A stretch of 64,000 nucleotides of DNA, taken from NCBI GenBank assembly GCA_949296115.1, contig CASFNR010000004.1:3097-67096 (forward strand), in the 5' to 3' direction. This document shows, in pieces, positions 29,892-39,838 of the stretch. The position numbers were made by a program, and so were the translations under genes. The DNA comes from an uncultured Eubacteriales bacterium (GTDB lineage: Bacteria; Bacillota; Clostridia; Oscillospirales; Oscillospiraceae). The number at the start of each line of letters is the position of its first letter. Position 1 is the stretch's first letter. The notes beneath the pieces were generated by a model. The model saw only the letters and a program-made list of their open reading frames with translations, was not told where the DNA came from and did no database searches.

Positions 29892-30380
29892 CTAAGTCAA
29901 GTCGCTATCTTTCAAAATTTTACACCCCAAAATTCTGCGGCTCTCAATCTCAATCACGCCGGCACTCCCACCATATCCGCCGCAGCTTCCGGGATTCAAA
30001 ACCCACAATCCGTCCGGCTCCCGATGGCAGTCCGCCAAGTGCGTATGACCGTAAAGTGCAGCTGACGCACCGCTGGCCCGTGCATCCCGGAGAAATGCCC
30101 CCAGATAAAGCTTGACATTATGCTTGTGACCATGGGTAATATAAAGCCGGACACCGGATAGCTCTATCACCCGAATTTCCGGTTCTCCGCCTGCACATCG
30201 AAAGCGATCACAATTTCCTGGGACCTGATACAATGGAATACTGGGATAAAGCGCTCCCAGGGCTTCGCCATCCGCAAAGTAATCTCCCAGATGAATGATT
30301 GCGTTTGGTTTCACCGTTTCCACGCACCGGCGCATAAAACTCTGCGACGAATGGGAATCGGACAACACAAGTATCTTCAT
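29892..30380 (-). CDS. YfcE/YsnB-family metallophosphoesterase
   Basis: SDSH, HLGD, GNCD, THGH, GHTH, LNPGS. Confidence 0.9.
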   Translation of the reverse strand: MKILVLSDSHSSQSFMRRCVETVKPNAIIHLGDYFADGEALGALYPSIPLYQVPGNCDRFRCAGGEPEIRVIELSGVRLYITHGHKHNVKLYLGAFLRDARASGASAALYGHTHLADCHREPDGLWVLNPGSCGGYGGSAGVIEIESRRILGCKILKDSDLT

Positions 30381-30431
30381 TTTCTCTCCCCTTTTCAGTC
30401 TGCGCAAAAATCCGACAAATAATCCACCCAA

Positions 30432-31313
30432 TTATAGGTCATCGGAATCGGTATCCAGGTCCTCCAGGGTCACCTCCCGGAAAAACTTACGTTTTTCCGA
30501 AGGGGTGCAGCCATAAATCTCCCGGAAATGTTGATTCAGCATTTTCGGGTCCCGGAATCCATGACGTTCGGCAATTTCTCCAATGGGATCATCCGTCGTC
30601 TCCAACTCCCGGCAGACTGCCGTTGTACGGATCTGATAAACGTACTGCAAAAAACTCACGCCCATATTTTTCTTGAACAGGCGGCAAAAATATTCTTTGT
30701 TCAATCCCATGCTTTTTGCCGCATCGTCCAACGAAAGATCCTCACCATGGTGCAGCTGCACATACTCCAGCACTGGTTCCAGCCGGGTCATATCATTTCG
30801 CTGCAGTCGGGTCTCCTCCACCGCAAGGGGGTTTGAGAAGTGCTTCACCAGAATTGCGGTAACGGCATAGAGTCTTGCCAATCGTTCCAGCTTGTAAGCC
30901 GGCTCCTCAACCTCTGTTTGGCGAAGGATCTCCAGAAGGTGGCTGCGCAGCTGTTCATAGGCCATGGTCTTGACCTGGTCATCCGGGTCAAAGGTCAAAG
31001 AAAAAGAAAGCTGGTCGAATGTGGGAACATACCGGCACATCTGATTCGGATCGATATGGACAACCAGATAGACCGCATTGCGGGAGCATTTTGTCTCGTG
31101 TACTTCATGAGAATTGAGGATATACATATCCCCGGCTTTAAAATGACGGGACGCATTTTCAAAGTTGCAAGTAACCCTTCCCTTAATAAACAACAACAGT
31201 TCCAGCGCCTTATGCCAGTGCCTTGGTGTGAAAATGCGAAGGTTGGTTTCATATTTGACACCGAATCCACTTTCGTCTATATCGGTCAGTATTCGATGTT
31301 GATAATTTCCCAT
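30432..31313 (-). CDS. AraC family transcriptional regulator
   Basis: N-terminal cupin (HWH..LE), C-terminal double HTH (YFCRLFKK..G, F...YGCTP). Confidence 0.92.
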   Translation of the reverse strand: MGNYQHRILTDIDESGFGVKYETNLRIFTPRHWHKALELLLFIKGRVTCNFENASRHFKAGDMYILNSHEVHETKCSRNAVYLVVHIDPNQMCRYVPTFDQLSFSLTFDPDDQVKTMAYEQLRSHLLEILRQTEVEEPAYKLERLARLYAVTAILVKHFSNPLAVEETRLQRNDMTRLEPVLEYVQLHHGEDLSLDDAAKSMGLNKEYFCRLFKKNMGVSFLQYVYQIRTTAVCRELETTDDPIGEIAERHGFRDPKMLNQHFREIYGCTPSEKRKFFREVTLEDLDTDSDDL

Positions 31314-31359
31314 ATAAACCTCCGTTCCCAGAACTTTTTTGATTCACATTTTATTCATA

Positions 31360-31425
31360 AGGTCAATATTTTCCATAGCCAGGTCAATTATATCACTTTT
31401 TTCCTGCCTGTCAAGGTGCTATAAT
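31360..31425 (+). promoter_or_regulatory. putative AraC direct-repeat site plus extended -10
   Basis: AGGTCAAT at 31360 and 31381 (21-bp period), TGCTATAAT at 31417-31425. Confidence 0.5.
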
Positions 31426-31559
31426 GCACGCATTGCAAGTTGAAATCCCCATCGTTTTTTGCAATATGTTTTTACAATTCATTCACAATTTCAAATTGTG
31501 TTTCTTCATACGATTCAAATGATCCCATCTATTGCATACTGTCTCAGGAGGTTATTGCA

Positions 31560-31640
31560 ATGTACTTTCAAAAAGGACTTTCCACAAAGCGCCACCCGAT
31601 CAATTGTACACAAGCGTCCGGAAGCATTTCTTTGATGTAA
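31560..31640 (+). CDS. putative 26-aa small ORF (MYFQKGLSTKRHPINCTQASGSISLM)
   Basis: AGGAGG at 31546-31551, 8 nt before the ATG; terminator downstream. Confidence 0.4.
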   Translation: MYFQKGLSTKRHPINCTQASGSISLM

Positions 31641-31704
31641 CGCTCCTTCTGCCGGGCAAACTGCCGTCTCTCCGGCTTCCGCTCCTCTCAAACAACCCAA
31701 GTAC

Positions 31705-31736
31705 AGCCGCCCGCCGATCAGCGGGCGGCTTTTTTC
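31705..31736 (+). terminator. intrinsic terminator
   Basis: AGCCGCCCGC-cgatca-GCGGGCGGCTTTTTT. Confidence 0.85.
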
Positions 31737-31829
31737 TTCGCCCCCGGAACATTTGTCTCTGCCTGTGCATAACCTGTTTCAGTAGAAGCGTCATTGCGCA
31801 ACCATCTTTCCTGACAGGGAGGTTATCCT

Positions 31830-32051
31830 ATGCAATCCACGCCCGATTTTTCCCAGCTGATGAAGCTGGCCCAGTCCCCGGCAGGCAAGCAGCTGCTGGC
31901 TATGCTTCAGGCCTCCGGCGGAAACACCCTTCAGAACGCAGTCAAAAAGGCGTCTGATGGCAATTACGATGAGGCAAAGGCAATGCTTTCGTCCTTGCTG
32001 AACAATCCTCAGGCACAGGCGCTGCTGAAGCAGTTGGAGGATCAGACATGA
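31830..32051 (+). CDS. small helical hypothetical protein (possible spore coat)
   Basis: GGGAGG RBS; first gene of a 3-gene operon; AC-N17-CATAACCT promoter at 31749-31775. Confidence 0.7.
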   Translation: MQSTPDFSQLMKLAQSPAGKQLLAMLQASGGNTLQNAVKKASDGNYDEAKAMLSSLLNNPQAQALLKQLEDQT

Positions 32052-32407
32052 GTGAACTGGAAGAGAAACTGGGCAGCATTTTGTCAAACCCACAGATGAT
32101 GCAGCAGATTATGTCCATGGCGCAGGCCATGGGCCAGTCATCCGGGCCGCAGCCGGACTCCGCCGCCCAGGCGGAGTCCCCGGTGTGGAATCCGGAAATG
32201 GATATGAGCGCACTGCAAACGCTGTCTCAGTTCGCCCAGAATAGCCGTGTGGACTCTGACCAGCAGGCTTTGCTCCACGCTCTGTCCCCCTACTTAAGCG
32301 ACAATCGTGTAAAAAAACTGGAGCGTGCCATGCGGGCTGCCAAAATGGCCGGACTGGCATCCACGCTGTTGAACTCCGGCGCCTTGCAGAATCTTCTCGG
32401 GAGGTGA
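32048..32407 (+). CDS. hypothetical protein (possible spore coat)
   Basis: ATGA overlap; ILSNPQMMQQIM, LLHALSPYLS. Confidence 0.7.
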   Translation: MSELEEKLGSILSNPQMMQQIMSMAQAMGQSSGPQPDSAAQAESPVWNPEMDMSALQTLSQFAQNSRVDSDQQALLHALSPYLSDNRVKKLERAMRAAKMAGLASTLLNSGALQNLLGR

Positions 32408-32411
32408 CGCC

Positions 32412-32804
32412 ATGTATAACCGCTATATTCCCCAGCCGGATGGGAGCTACCGGCGAAGGCCCGTGATTGACCAAAATCCACATCCTCAAAAACAGGCACA
32501 GCCCGATGGCAGTGAGCGCAGAACGGACAACAGTCCCCCGGGCCGCCCGGAGGAACGGAATTCTTCTCCCGGCAGTGGACAGCCCTGCCGTCCACCGCAG
32601 CTGCATCGCCCCCACCCAGGGCCGCGGCCACTTCATCCTCAAGAAAACCCAATTTCCGCCGGAAGTTTTCTGAAACAACTTCTGCCCCAAAATTTAGACA
32701 CGGAAGACCTTCTGATTGTGATTCTGCTGCTGCTCATGGCCGGAGACAACGGCAAGGAGCAGAATTCCGCTCTGCTTACCTTGGCACTGTACCTGTTTTT
32801 GTAA
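32412..32804 (+). CDS. proline-rich hypothetical protein with hydrophobic C-terminus (possible spore coat)
   Basis: GGAGGTGA RBS; MYNRY start; LDTEDLLIVILLLLM. Confidence 0.7.
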   Translation: MYNRYIPQPDGSYRRRPVIDQNPHPQKQAQPDGSERRTDNSPPGRPEERNSSPGSGQPCRPPQLHRPHPGPRPLHPQENPISAGSFLKQLLPQNLDTEDLLIVILLLLMAGDNGKEQNSALLTLALYLFL

Positions 32805-32867
32805 ATTTGCATTGCGCTTGTGTCGGGAGACTGGTATAATGTGGGCAAAAAAGCAGGAGGACATCCC

Positions 32868-33509
32868 GTGTTTACAAAAGAGTCTGTCATTCTGCGGCGT
32901 GCGCTGCAGGCAGCTATTATACTTTTATTCGCCGCAGCACTTGTCGCCCACTATCTTCTGGACTCCTGGGGCTTTTACTGGAAGGTATCTCCGGAGGAAA
33001 CCGCTCTGCGAATGGAATTGGTTCAGACCGCCGAATCCTACCTTGGGACCCTGGAGGGCGACTTCCGTCATCAGGAAATTCTGGGCATCTATAACACCCA
33101 TGAGCCGCTGGCGGTGGGATATGTGGTGCAGGATACCGACGATTGGTGCGCCACCTTTGTCAGTGCCATGGTCATCCAGTGCGGTCTGACGGAAATTATC
33201 CCCACGGAATGCGGCTGCCAGCGACAGATCGGACTGTTCCAATCCTTGGGGACCTGGGAGGAAAACGATGCCGCCGTTCCCCTCCCCGGCGATATCATTT
33301 ACTACGACTGGGATGCCAGGGGATTGGGTGGCAGCACCGGCTGGGCAGACCATGTGGGCATTGTGGTGGGCACCAAATGGCCCTTTGTCAAGGTAATCGA
33401 GGGAAATAAGGACGACTCCGTGGGTTACCGGATTGTCCTGATCAATGACATCCACATCCGGGGCTACGGGCAGCCGGATTATGCGTCCCTGCTTCAGGGA
33501 GAATCTTAA
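32868..33509 (+). CDS. membrane-anchored CHAP-domain amidase/peptidase
   Basis: GTG after AGGAGG; N-terminal TM; WCATFVS, DHVGIV, IEGN. Confidence 0.85.
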   Translation: MFTKESVILRRALQAAIILLFAAALVAHYLLDSWGFYWKVSPEETALRMELVQTAESYLGTLEGDFRHQEILGIYNTHEPLAVGYVVQDTDDWCATFVSAMVIQCGLTEIIPTECGCQRQIGLFQSLGTWEENDAAVPLPGDIIYYDWDARGLGGSTGWADHVGIVVGTKWPFVKVIEGNKDDSVGYRIVLINDIHIRGYGQPDYASLLQGES

Positions 33510-33549
33510 AACCGATTTTGGGCGGTGGCCAATGCCACCGCCCAATTTT

Positions 33550-34602
33550 TTATTCCGGAATGGGGAACGTGACTCCCCCAACGCTGACACTTTCCAGCTC
33601 CTCCAAGGGAATGATTTTCTCAAATGCGTTGCCCTTGACGCAAACGGTCTTCCCGTTTTCCGGAGTCAGGGAGCCGCCGGAATTGGTCATATCCACCACC
33701 GTGCCGTCTTTCTTGTTCAGAAGGATTTCCACGTTCTCCAGGTACAGTTCAATCTGCCGGGCATCCCCTTCCGGCATTCTGCCGCTTTCGGCGTTGCTCC
33801 ACTGCACCTGAGAATCCACCTCATAGGCCACCCGGACCGCCAGAGGCGAGACCCGGACCTCCGTAATGGTGAATGTCATGCCCTCCTGCTCAAAGGTTTC
33901 CCCGCCGCCCAGGGCGATGGAAGAATCCTCATAGGCCACATCAAAGCGGAATTTCCAGTCTCCCTCCAGAACAACAGCGGATTCCTCCGCAGAATTGCCG
34001 TAGGTGCGGATATCGTGGAACTCTGCGGTTGCCTTTCCCCGATTCACCGGCTCATCGGAGCTGAACACCCAGACGTACTGGATTACCTCGTCCTCGGGGA
34101 CCGCGTCCACAAAGTAGGCCGTGCCATGGCCGCCCTTTCCAAAGCTGATACTGTCAAAGCCGCCTTCCATCAGTTGGTCTGCGGTCACCCCCTCCGGCAG
34201 CAAGGGCGTTCCGTCATCCCGGGAGATGGTGAACACCATGCAGATATTGTATTCATCCCCCATCACGGCATCCGCCCGGATGGTCACCCCGTTGTCGCTG
34301 TCGGAGGCCTCAACCGGATGGCCGATTTTGTCAATCACCTCTGTCTGTGCCACACTTCCGCCAAAAATAGGGGCCAGCAGCTCCGAGACCGGGGTGGAAA
34401 TCCCTGCGGCCTCCGCTGTAACCGTCAGCACACAGACCAGGCAGGCCGCGGCGGCGGCAATCTTTCCAAAGCGAAGCACCTTGTTCTCCGGCTTCTTCCG
34501 GGCAGCAGCGGCTGCCCGTGCCCCAATGGCAGCTTTCTGCTCCTGGGTATAGGTAAGCTGATCATAGAAGTTCTGATATTCTTTCTGGTTAAACATAGCC
34601 AT
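33550..34602 (-). CDS. anti-sigma factor candidate (DUF4179-like, single TM)
   Basis: Overlaps the ECF gene; AAAAACLVCVL TM; DNGVTI..GDWKFRF extracellular domain. Confidence 0.75.
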   Translation of the reverse strand: MAMFNQKEYQNFYDQLTYTQEQKAAIGARAAAAARKKPENKVLRFGKIAAAAACLVCVLTVTAEAAGISTPVSELLAPIFGGSVAQTEVIDKIGHPVEASDSDNGVTIRADAVMGDEYNICMVFTISRDDGTPLLPEGVTADQLMEGGFDSISFGKGGHGTAYFVDAVPEDEVIQYVWVFSSDEPVNRGKATAEFHDIRTYGNSAEESAVVLEGDWKFRFDVAYEDSSIALGGGETFEQEGMTFTITEVRVSPLAVRVAYEVDSQVQWSNAESGRMPEGDARQIELYLENVEILLNKKDGTVVDMTNSGGSLTPENGKTVCVKGNAFEKIIPLEELESVSVGGVTFPIPE

Positions 34603-35068
34603 CCTCCTCCAGATAGGTTTTGAGTTTGTCCCGTCCCCGGTTCAGCCGGACATGGACAGCGGATTTGGAAATGCCCAGAATCCGTCCGATTTCCTCTGCC
34701 TGATAGCCTTCGTAGTAAAACAGGTACAGCACCGTCCGATAGTTCTCCGGCAGCTGGTTCACCGCCGCAAGCACCGAACCATCGGGAGCCTCCGGCGCCG
34801 GGACCTCCAGGCAGGCATCCAGACTGCAATTGCGCTTTCGCCAGGGACTGCGCAGCACATCCTTACAGGCGTTGGCCGCCATGCGCAGGATGTAGGCTTT
34901 CTCATGCTCCGGGGTATCGAATGTCCGGGGATGACTCAAAAGCTTTACGAAAACCGTCTGGCAGATGTCCTGGGCATCGTCGGTGTTTTTTAAGTAGGTG
35001 TAGCTCAGGCGGAGAATAGCGTCAGCATACAGCTGGGCCAGCCGCTCCGCCTGCTGGGTTTGTTTCAT
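34589..35068 (-). CDS. ECF RNA polymerase sigma factor
   Basis: DAQDICQTVF region 2, LPENYR..EEIG..VHVRLNRGR region 4. Confidence 0.93.
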   Translation of the reverse strand: MKQTQQAERLAQLYADAILRLSYTYLKNTDDAQDICQTVFVKLLSHPRTFDTPEHEKAYILRMAANACKDVLRSPWRKRNCSLDACLEVPAPEAPDGSVLAAVNQLPENYRTVLYLFYYEGYQAEEIGRILGISKSAVHVRLNRGRDKLKTYLEEDGYV

Positions 35069-35101
35069 ATTGATTTCCTCCTTCCAGGCGCCTTCACCCC
35101 A

Positions 35102-35130
35102 AATACGATTCTTCTCTGGAAATGCTTACA
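35102..35130 (-). promoter_or_regulatory. putative autoregulatory ECF promoter
   Basis: TGTAAG-N17-CGTATT upstream of the ECF RBS. Confidence 0.45.
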
Positions 35131-35200
35131 GAGATTTTCCTTCTTTTCAAAAAATTCCCGGGAACTCCAGCCTTTCGGCTGGGTTCCCGGGAATCTGCTG

Positions 35201-35497
35201 TTACGTCTTCTGATCTTCCAACGCCCGCAGGCGCTTCTGCTCCGCCAGCTGCTTTCTCAGTTCTTTCACCAAGGGCAGCATCCCGGCAAGATTCAGAACC
35301 ATCACAAAGCCCAGCAGGCCCCACATCCAAAGCGCCCAGCTCTGGCGCAGCAGGACATACAGGAGCAATGCCGTCACTACAAGGCGCATGGCGCAGGCTC
35401 TTGCCACATTTTTGATTGCCCGGGAGCAGCGCTCCTCCCGCTGGTACAGGTCCAGTTCCGGTTCCTGAGGGGTATTCTGGGATTCCGATTCCATCAT
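35201..35497 (-). CDS. small 2-TM hypothetical protein
   Basis: ATGA overlap with trpS; two hydrophobic segments. Confidence 0.7.
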   Translation of the reverse strand: MMESESQNTPQEPELDLYQREERCSRAIKNVARACAMRLVVTALLLYVLLRQSWALWMWGLLGFVMVLNLAGMLPLVKELRKQLAEQKRLRALEDQKT

Positions 35498-36516
35498 CGT
35501 GCCAGGAAGCCCACTTTTTTATAGACCTTGCGCAGGGTCTTTTCCGCCATGTAAGATGCCTTTTCCGCACCCTGACGGTACACGCCCTCCAGAAAGGCCT
35601 TGTCCTTCAGCAGCCGGTTGGTCTCCTCCCGGATGGGGCGCAGGGTTTCCACCACCGCCTCGCCCACGGCGGGCTTGAACTTGCCATAGCCGCAGCCGGC
35701 AAACTCCTGCTCGATCTGCTCGTAGGTTCTGCCCGTGCAGGCGGAATAGATGGTCATCAGATTGGATACACCAGGCTTGTTCTCCCGGTCGAAACGGACG
35801 CAGTTTTCCGTATCAGAGTCGGTAATGGCCCGCTTGAACTGGCGCATAATGGTCTCCGGGGTATCCATCACCAGAATCCGGCCGGTGTCCTCATTCTCCG
35901 ACTTGGACATCTTGGCGGTGGGATTGGTCAGGCTCATGATCCGGGCGCCAACCTTGGGCACGAAGGGCTCCGGCAGCTTGAACACATCGCCGTAAATGCC
36001 GTTGAACCGGCGGGCAATGGTGTGGCACAGCTCCACATGCTGCTTCTGGTCCTCCCCTACCGGGACATAGTCCGGCTGGTAAAGCAGGATATCCGCCGCC
36101 ATCAGGGCCGGGTAGGTAAACAGGCCGCCGTTAATGTTGTCGGCATTCTTGGCAGACTTATCCTTGAACTGGGTCATCCGGGACAGCTCGCCGAACATGG
36201 CATAGCAGTCCAGCACCCAGCCCAGTTCTGCGTGCTGGTGGACATGGCTCTGAATGAACAGCGTATTTTTCTCCGGGTCCAGGCCGCAGGCGATATACTG
36301 TGCCAGCTGTTCCAGCGTGCGGCGGCGCAGATCCGCCGGGTTCTGCCGAACCGTAATGGCATGCAGATCCGCCATAAAATAATAGCAGTCAAAGGAGTCG
36401 GCCCGCTCCGCCCAATTCTTAATGGCGCCCAGGTAGGAACCAAGCGTCAGGTCGCCGGAGGGCTTGATGCCGGAGAGCATTCGCTTCTTAGGCGTTTCCG
36501 CAATAACTTCGCTCAT
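35494..36516 (-). CDS. trpS: tryptophan--tRNA ligase
   Basis: SGIKPSG, TLGS (HIGH equivalent), VGEDQKQH, KMSKS. Confidence 0.96.
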   Translation of the reverse strand: MSEVIAETPKKRMLSGIKPSGDLTLGSYLGAIKNWAERADSFDCYYFMADLHAITVRQNPADLRRRTLEQLAQYIACGLDPEKNTLFIQSHVHQHAELGWVLDCYAMFGELSRMTQFKDKSAKNADNINGGLFTYPALMAADILLYQPDYVPVGEDQKQHVELCHTIARRFNGIYGDVFKLPEPFVPKVGARIMSLTNPTAKMSKSENEDTGRILVMDTPETIMRQFKRAITDSDTENCVRFDRENKPGVSNLMTIYSACTGRTYEQIEQEFAGCGYGKFKPAVGEAVVETLRPIREETNRLLKDKAFLEGVYRQGAEKASYMAEKTLRKVYKKVGFLAR

Positions 36517-36687
36517 ATTCAATCCCGCTTTCTGTATCAATGGTTTCGGATATTCTACCACAGCCCCGCCGATAGTGCAAGGAGATTTTCTCCGGAATCC
36601 GGACTTCTCCCGCAATTGCGAATTGATTTCTTTGTTCCGGTATGCTATACTCTATGGCAGAAATTTTAGACCAAGAGAGGTTTTTTT

Positions 36688-38334
36688 ATGGATTATCAGG
36701 CTTTGGCCCAGCTTCTGTTTCCGGATGTCACCATGACGCCGGAAGAGCTGGAAGTGCGTTTCCCGGCCCGCCAGCTTCCCGAGGGCGCCGTGGTTACCCG
36801 GATGGCTCCCTCCCCCACCGGTTTTGTCCACCTGGGCAATCTGGTGCAGGGGCTGACCTCCGAGCGGATGGCCCACCAGTCCGGCGGCGTGCTGTTCCTG
36901 CGGGTGGAGGATACCGACGCCAAGCGGGAAGTTCCCGGTGCTGTGGAGGTGCTGATCGAAACTCTGAAGCACTACGGTATCTCCTTTGACGAGGGCGCCA
37001 CCATGGAAGGAGACAACGGAATTTACGGTCCCTACCGCCAGCGGCAGCGGGCGGACATTTACCATGTCTACGCCAAGAAGCTGGTATCCCAGGGGCAGGC
37101 ATACCCCTGCTTCTGCACGGAAGAGGAATTGGCCGCCATGCGGGAGCAGCAGGAGGGCAACAAGGAGAATACCGGTTACTACGGCAAATACGCCATCTGG
37201 CGGGACCGCTCCATGGAGGAAATTCAGGCCCAGCTGGATGCCGGAAATCCCTGGGTCCTCCGGTTCCGCTCCACCGGCAGCATTGAAAACCAGTTCAAGT
37301 TTGACGACCTGGTAAAGGGGAAGCTGACCATTACCGAAAACGATATTGACCACGTTCTGCTGAAATCCGATGGAATCCCCACCTATCACTTTGCCCATGC
37401 GGTGGATGACCATCTGATGCGCACCACCCATGTGGTCCGGGGCGACGAGTGGCTGCCCACTCTGCCCTTCCACATTCAGCTGTTCCAGGCACTGGGCTTC
37501 AAACTCCCCAAGTATGTACACATCGGACCGCTGATGAAGATGGACGGTGCCTCCAAACGCAAGCTCAGCAAGCGCAAGGATCCGGAACTGGCCTTGACCT
37601 ACTACAAGGCGGAGGGTTTCCCCGTGGCGGCGGTGTACGAATACATCATGACCCTGCTGAACTCCAACTTTGAGGACTGGCGCAGAGCCAACCCGGATGC
37701 GCCTGTGGACAGCTTCAAATTCAGCGCCAAAAAGCTGAACCCCGCCGGCTCCTTGTTTGACTACGCCAAGCTGGTGGATGTGTCGAAAAGCGTCATCTCC
37801 CGGATGGATGCCGGTCAGGTGTACACTCTGCTGACCCAGTGGGCGCAGGAATTTGATCCGGAATTCGGTCAGCTTCTGTCCGCCGATCCTGCATATGCCA
37901 CCCGGATTCTGGCCATTGGGCGGGGCGGAAAAAAGCCCAGGAAAGACCTTGCTGTCTGGAAGGACGCCAAACCCTACATGGGATTCTTCTATGACGAATA
38001 CCTGGAGGAGCCTCAGTTCGACCCGGCCTTCTCCCCTGCCGTGGTGGCGGATGTGCTGACACGGTTCCTGGATTCTTTCGATATTTCCAACGACGCCGGC
38101 ACCTGGTTCGATAAGGTGAAGGCCATCACCACGGACATCGGCTTCACCACGGACATGAAAGCCTATAAGGCAGACCCTGCCGCCTTCCCCGGAACGGTGG
38201 CGGACGTTTCCACCTTCATCCGGCTGGCAGTTACCGGCAAGACCAATTCTCCGGATCTGTACACCGTCATGCAGATCCTTGGCAAAGAGCGGACCATCGC
38301 CCGTATCCAGGCTGCTCTGTCCAAACTGAAGTAA
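36688..38334 (+). CDS. gltX: glutamate--tRNA ligase
   Basis: APSPTGFVHLG, RVEDTD, DDHLM, RGDEW, KLSKR. Confidence 0.95.
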   Translation: MDYQALAQLLFPDVTMTPEELEVRFPARQLPEGAVVTRMAPSPTGFVHLGNLVQGLTSERMAHQSGGVLFLRVEDTDAKREVPGAVEVLIETLKHYGISFDEGATMEGDNGIYGPYRQRQRADIYHVYAKKLVSQGQAYPCFCTEEELAAMREQQEGNKENTGYYGKYAIWRDRSMEEIQAQLDAGNPWVLRFRSTGSIENQFKFDDLVKGKLTITENDIDHVLLKSDGIPTYHFAHAVDDHLMRTTHVVRGDEWLPTLPFHIQLFQALGFKLPKYVHIGPLMKMDGASKRKLSKRKDPELALTYYKAEGFPVAAVYEYIMTLLNSNFEDWRRANPDAPVDSFKFSAKKLNPAGSLFDYAKLVDVSKSVISRMDAGQVYTLLTQWAQEFDPEFGQLLSADPAYATRILAIGRGGKKPRKDLAVWKDAKPYMGFFYDEYLEEPQFDPAFSPAVVADVLTRFLDSFDISNDAGTWFDKVKAITTDIGFTTDMKAYKADPAAFPGTVADVSTFIRLAVTGKTNSPDLYTVMQILGKERTIARIQAALSKLK

Positions 38335-38685
38335 GGAAACGTGTAAAGGAGCCTGAGGCAGCGGCTTCTCTTCACTGGATGTGCTCCTCCAGGAAATTGT
38401 CCAGAACCGCAACACCCATTTCCGGCTCCGGCAGCCCGGAAAGCTTGATGCCGGTGCTGTCAAAGGCCGGACACAGCTGTTCCTGGGGATCAAGGCGGAT
38501 GCACGCCTTTGTTTTTTCCTCATGATTTCACCTCCCGGCAACAGCTTTCCCATTTTTCTGCACTCTACAGGGAAAGATTCCATGCCGACATCTTTGGGCA
38601 GACCGATTCAGGACAAAGAAGGCAAGCCGTGAATCCCGGCATGTAAAAACGAAAATGGCCGGCATCTGCCGGCCATTTTGTTCGG

Positions 38686-39696
38686 TTACAGCAGCGGAAT
38701 CCCTGCCCTAGTGCAGGCGTCCACCGTCTCATCATCCCAGATGCTGGACTGCACTTCTCCAATGTGGGCACAGCCCATCATCAGCATGGCCAGGCGGGAC
38801 TGTCCAATACCGCCGCCAATGGTCAAAGGCAGCTCATTGTTCAGCAGCATCTTGTGGAAGGGCAGCGCCCGGCGGTCATCGCAGCCCGCCTCCCGCAGCT
38901 GCCGGTCCAGAGACTCTGCGTCCACCCGGATGCCCATGGAGGAAATCTCCAGCGCCCGGTTCAGCACCGGGTCCCAGAAGAAGATGTCGCAGTTCAGATT
39001 CCAGTCATCATAGTCCGGCGCCCGCCCGTCGTGGGGTTTTCCGGAGCGGAGCTTGCCGCCGATCTGCATGATGCAGGCGGTCCGATGTTCCCGCAGGAAG
39101 GCGCTCTCCCGCTCTGCGCTGGACGTCAGCTCCGGATACCGGTCCTCCAGCTCCTGGGTGGTAATGAAGGTGACGTCCCGGCTCAAATTGGTGCGCAGCT
39201 GGGGATAGCGGACATGCAGCCGGTCATTGGTATCGCAGATGGCCCGGACAATGGCGCAGACAATCAGCTTCAGGTAATCCAGATTCCGGTTCTCCCGGGT
39301 GATGATTTTCTCCCAGTCCCACTGATCTACATAAATGGAGTGGATGTTGTCCAGTTCCTCATCCCGGCGGATGGCGTTCATGTCAGTGTAAAGCCCATTG
39401 CCGATGGTGAAGTTGTACCGCTTCAGTGCCAGGCGCTTCCACTTTGCCAGGGAATGCACCACCTGGGCATCCGTCCGGACGGCGGGAATATCAAAGGACA
39501 CCGGACGCTCATAGCCATTCAGGTTATCATTCAGGCCGGAGTTTTCCGTGACAAACAGCGGGGCGGAAACCCGCTTCAGATTCAGGGCTTTGGAAAATTC
39601 CTCCTGGAACGTATCCTTGATGTACGCAATGGCGCGCTGGGTATCGTAGGCATCCAGCACCGGCCGGTAGCCCTCCGGAATGTATACATGATTCAT
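38686..39696 (-). CDS. asnA: aspartate--ammonia ligase
   Basis: VVHSLAKWKR, YVDQWDWEK, RAPDYDDW, GGGIGQSRL. Confidence 0.97.
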   Translation of the reverse strand: MNHVYIPEGYRPVLDAYDTQRAIAYIKDTFQEEFSKALNLKRVSAPLFVTENSGLNDNLNGYERPVSFDIPAVRTDAQVVHSLAKWKRLALKRYNFTIGNGLYTDMNAIRRDEELDNIHSIYVDQWDWEKIITRENRNLDYLKLIVCAIVRAICDTNDRLHVRYPQLRTNLSRDVTFITTQELEDRYPELTSSAERESAFLREHRTACIMQIGGKLRSGKPHDGRAPDYDDWNLNCDIFFWDPVLNRALEISSMGIRVDAESLDRQLREAGCDDRRALPFHKMLLNNELPLTIGGGIGQSRLAMLMMGCAHIGEVQSSIWDDETVDACTRAGIPLL

Positions 39697-39838
39697 ACGG
39701 CAACAACCTTTCCTGATTCTGTATGGTTCTATTGTATTCATTTTTTTACCAAAATCAAGTGGAGATTTTCAGATAATTATAACAAAACAGCCCTGGCAAA
39801 GGTATTTTTCCTCTGCCAGGGCCATATCAGGGTGGAAA

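Noticed and set aside
36517-36687. T-box leaders for trpS/gltX
   Set aside because: The intergenic region is only 171 bp, divergent, and lacks the T-box consensus
36652-38583. 643-aa minus-strand ORF
   Set aside because: Shadow of gltX; only its RBS/ATG near 38523 is kept as a weak lead
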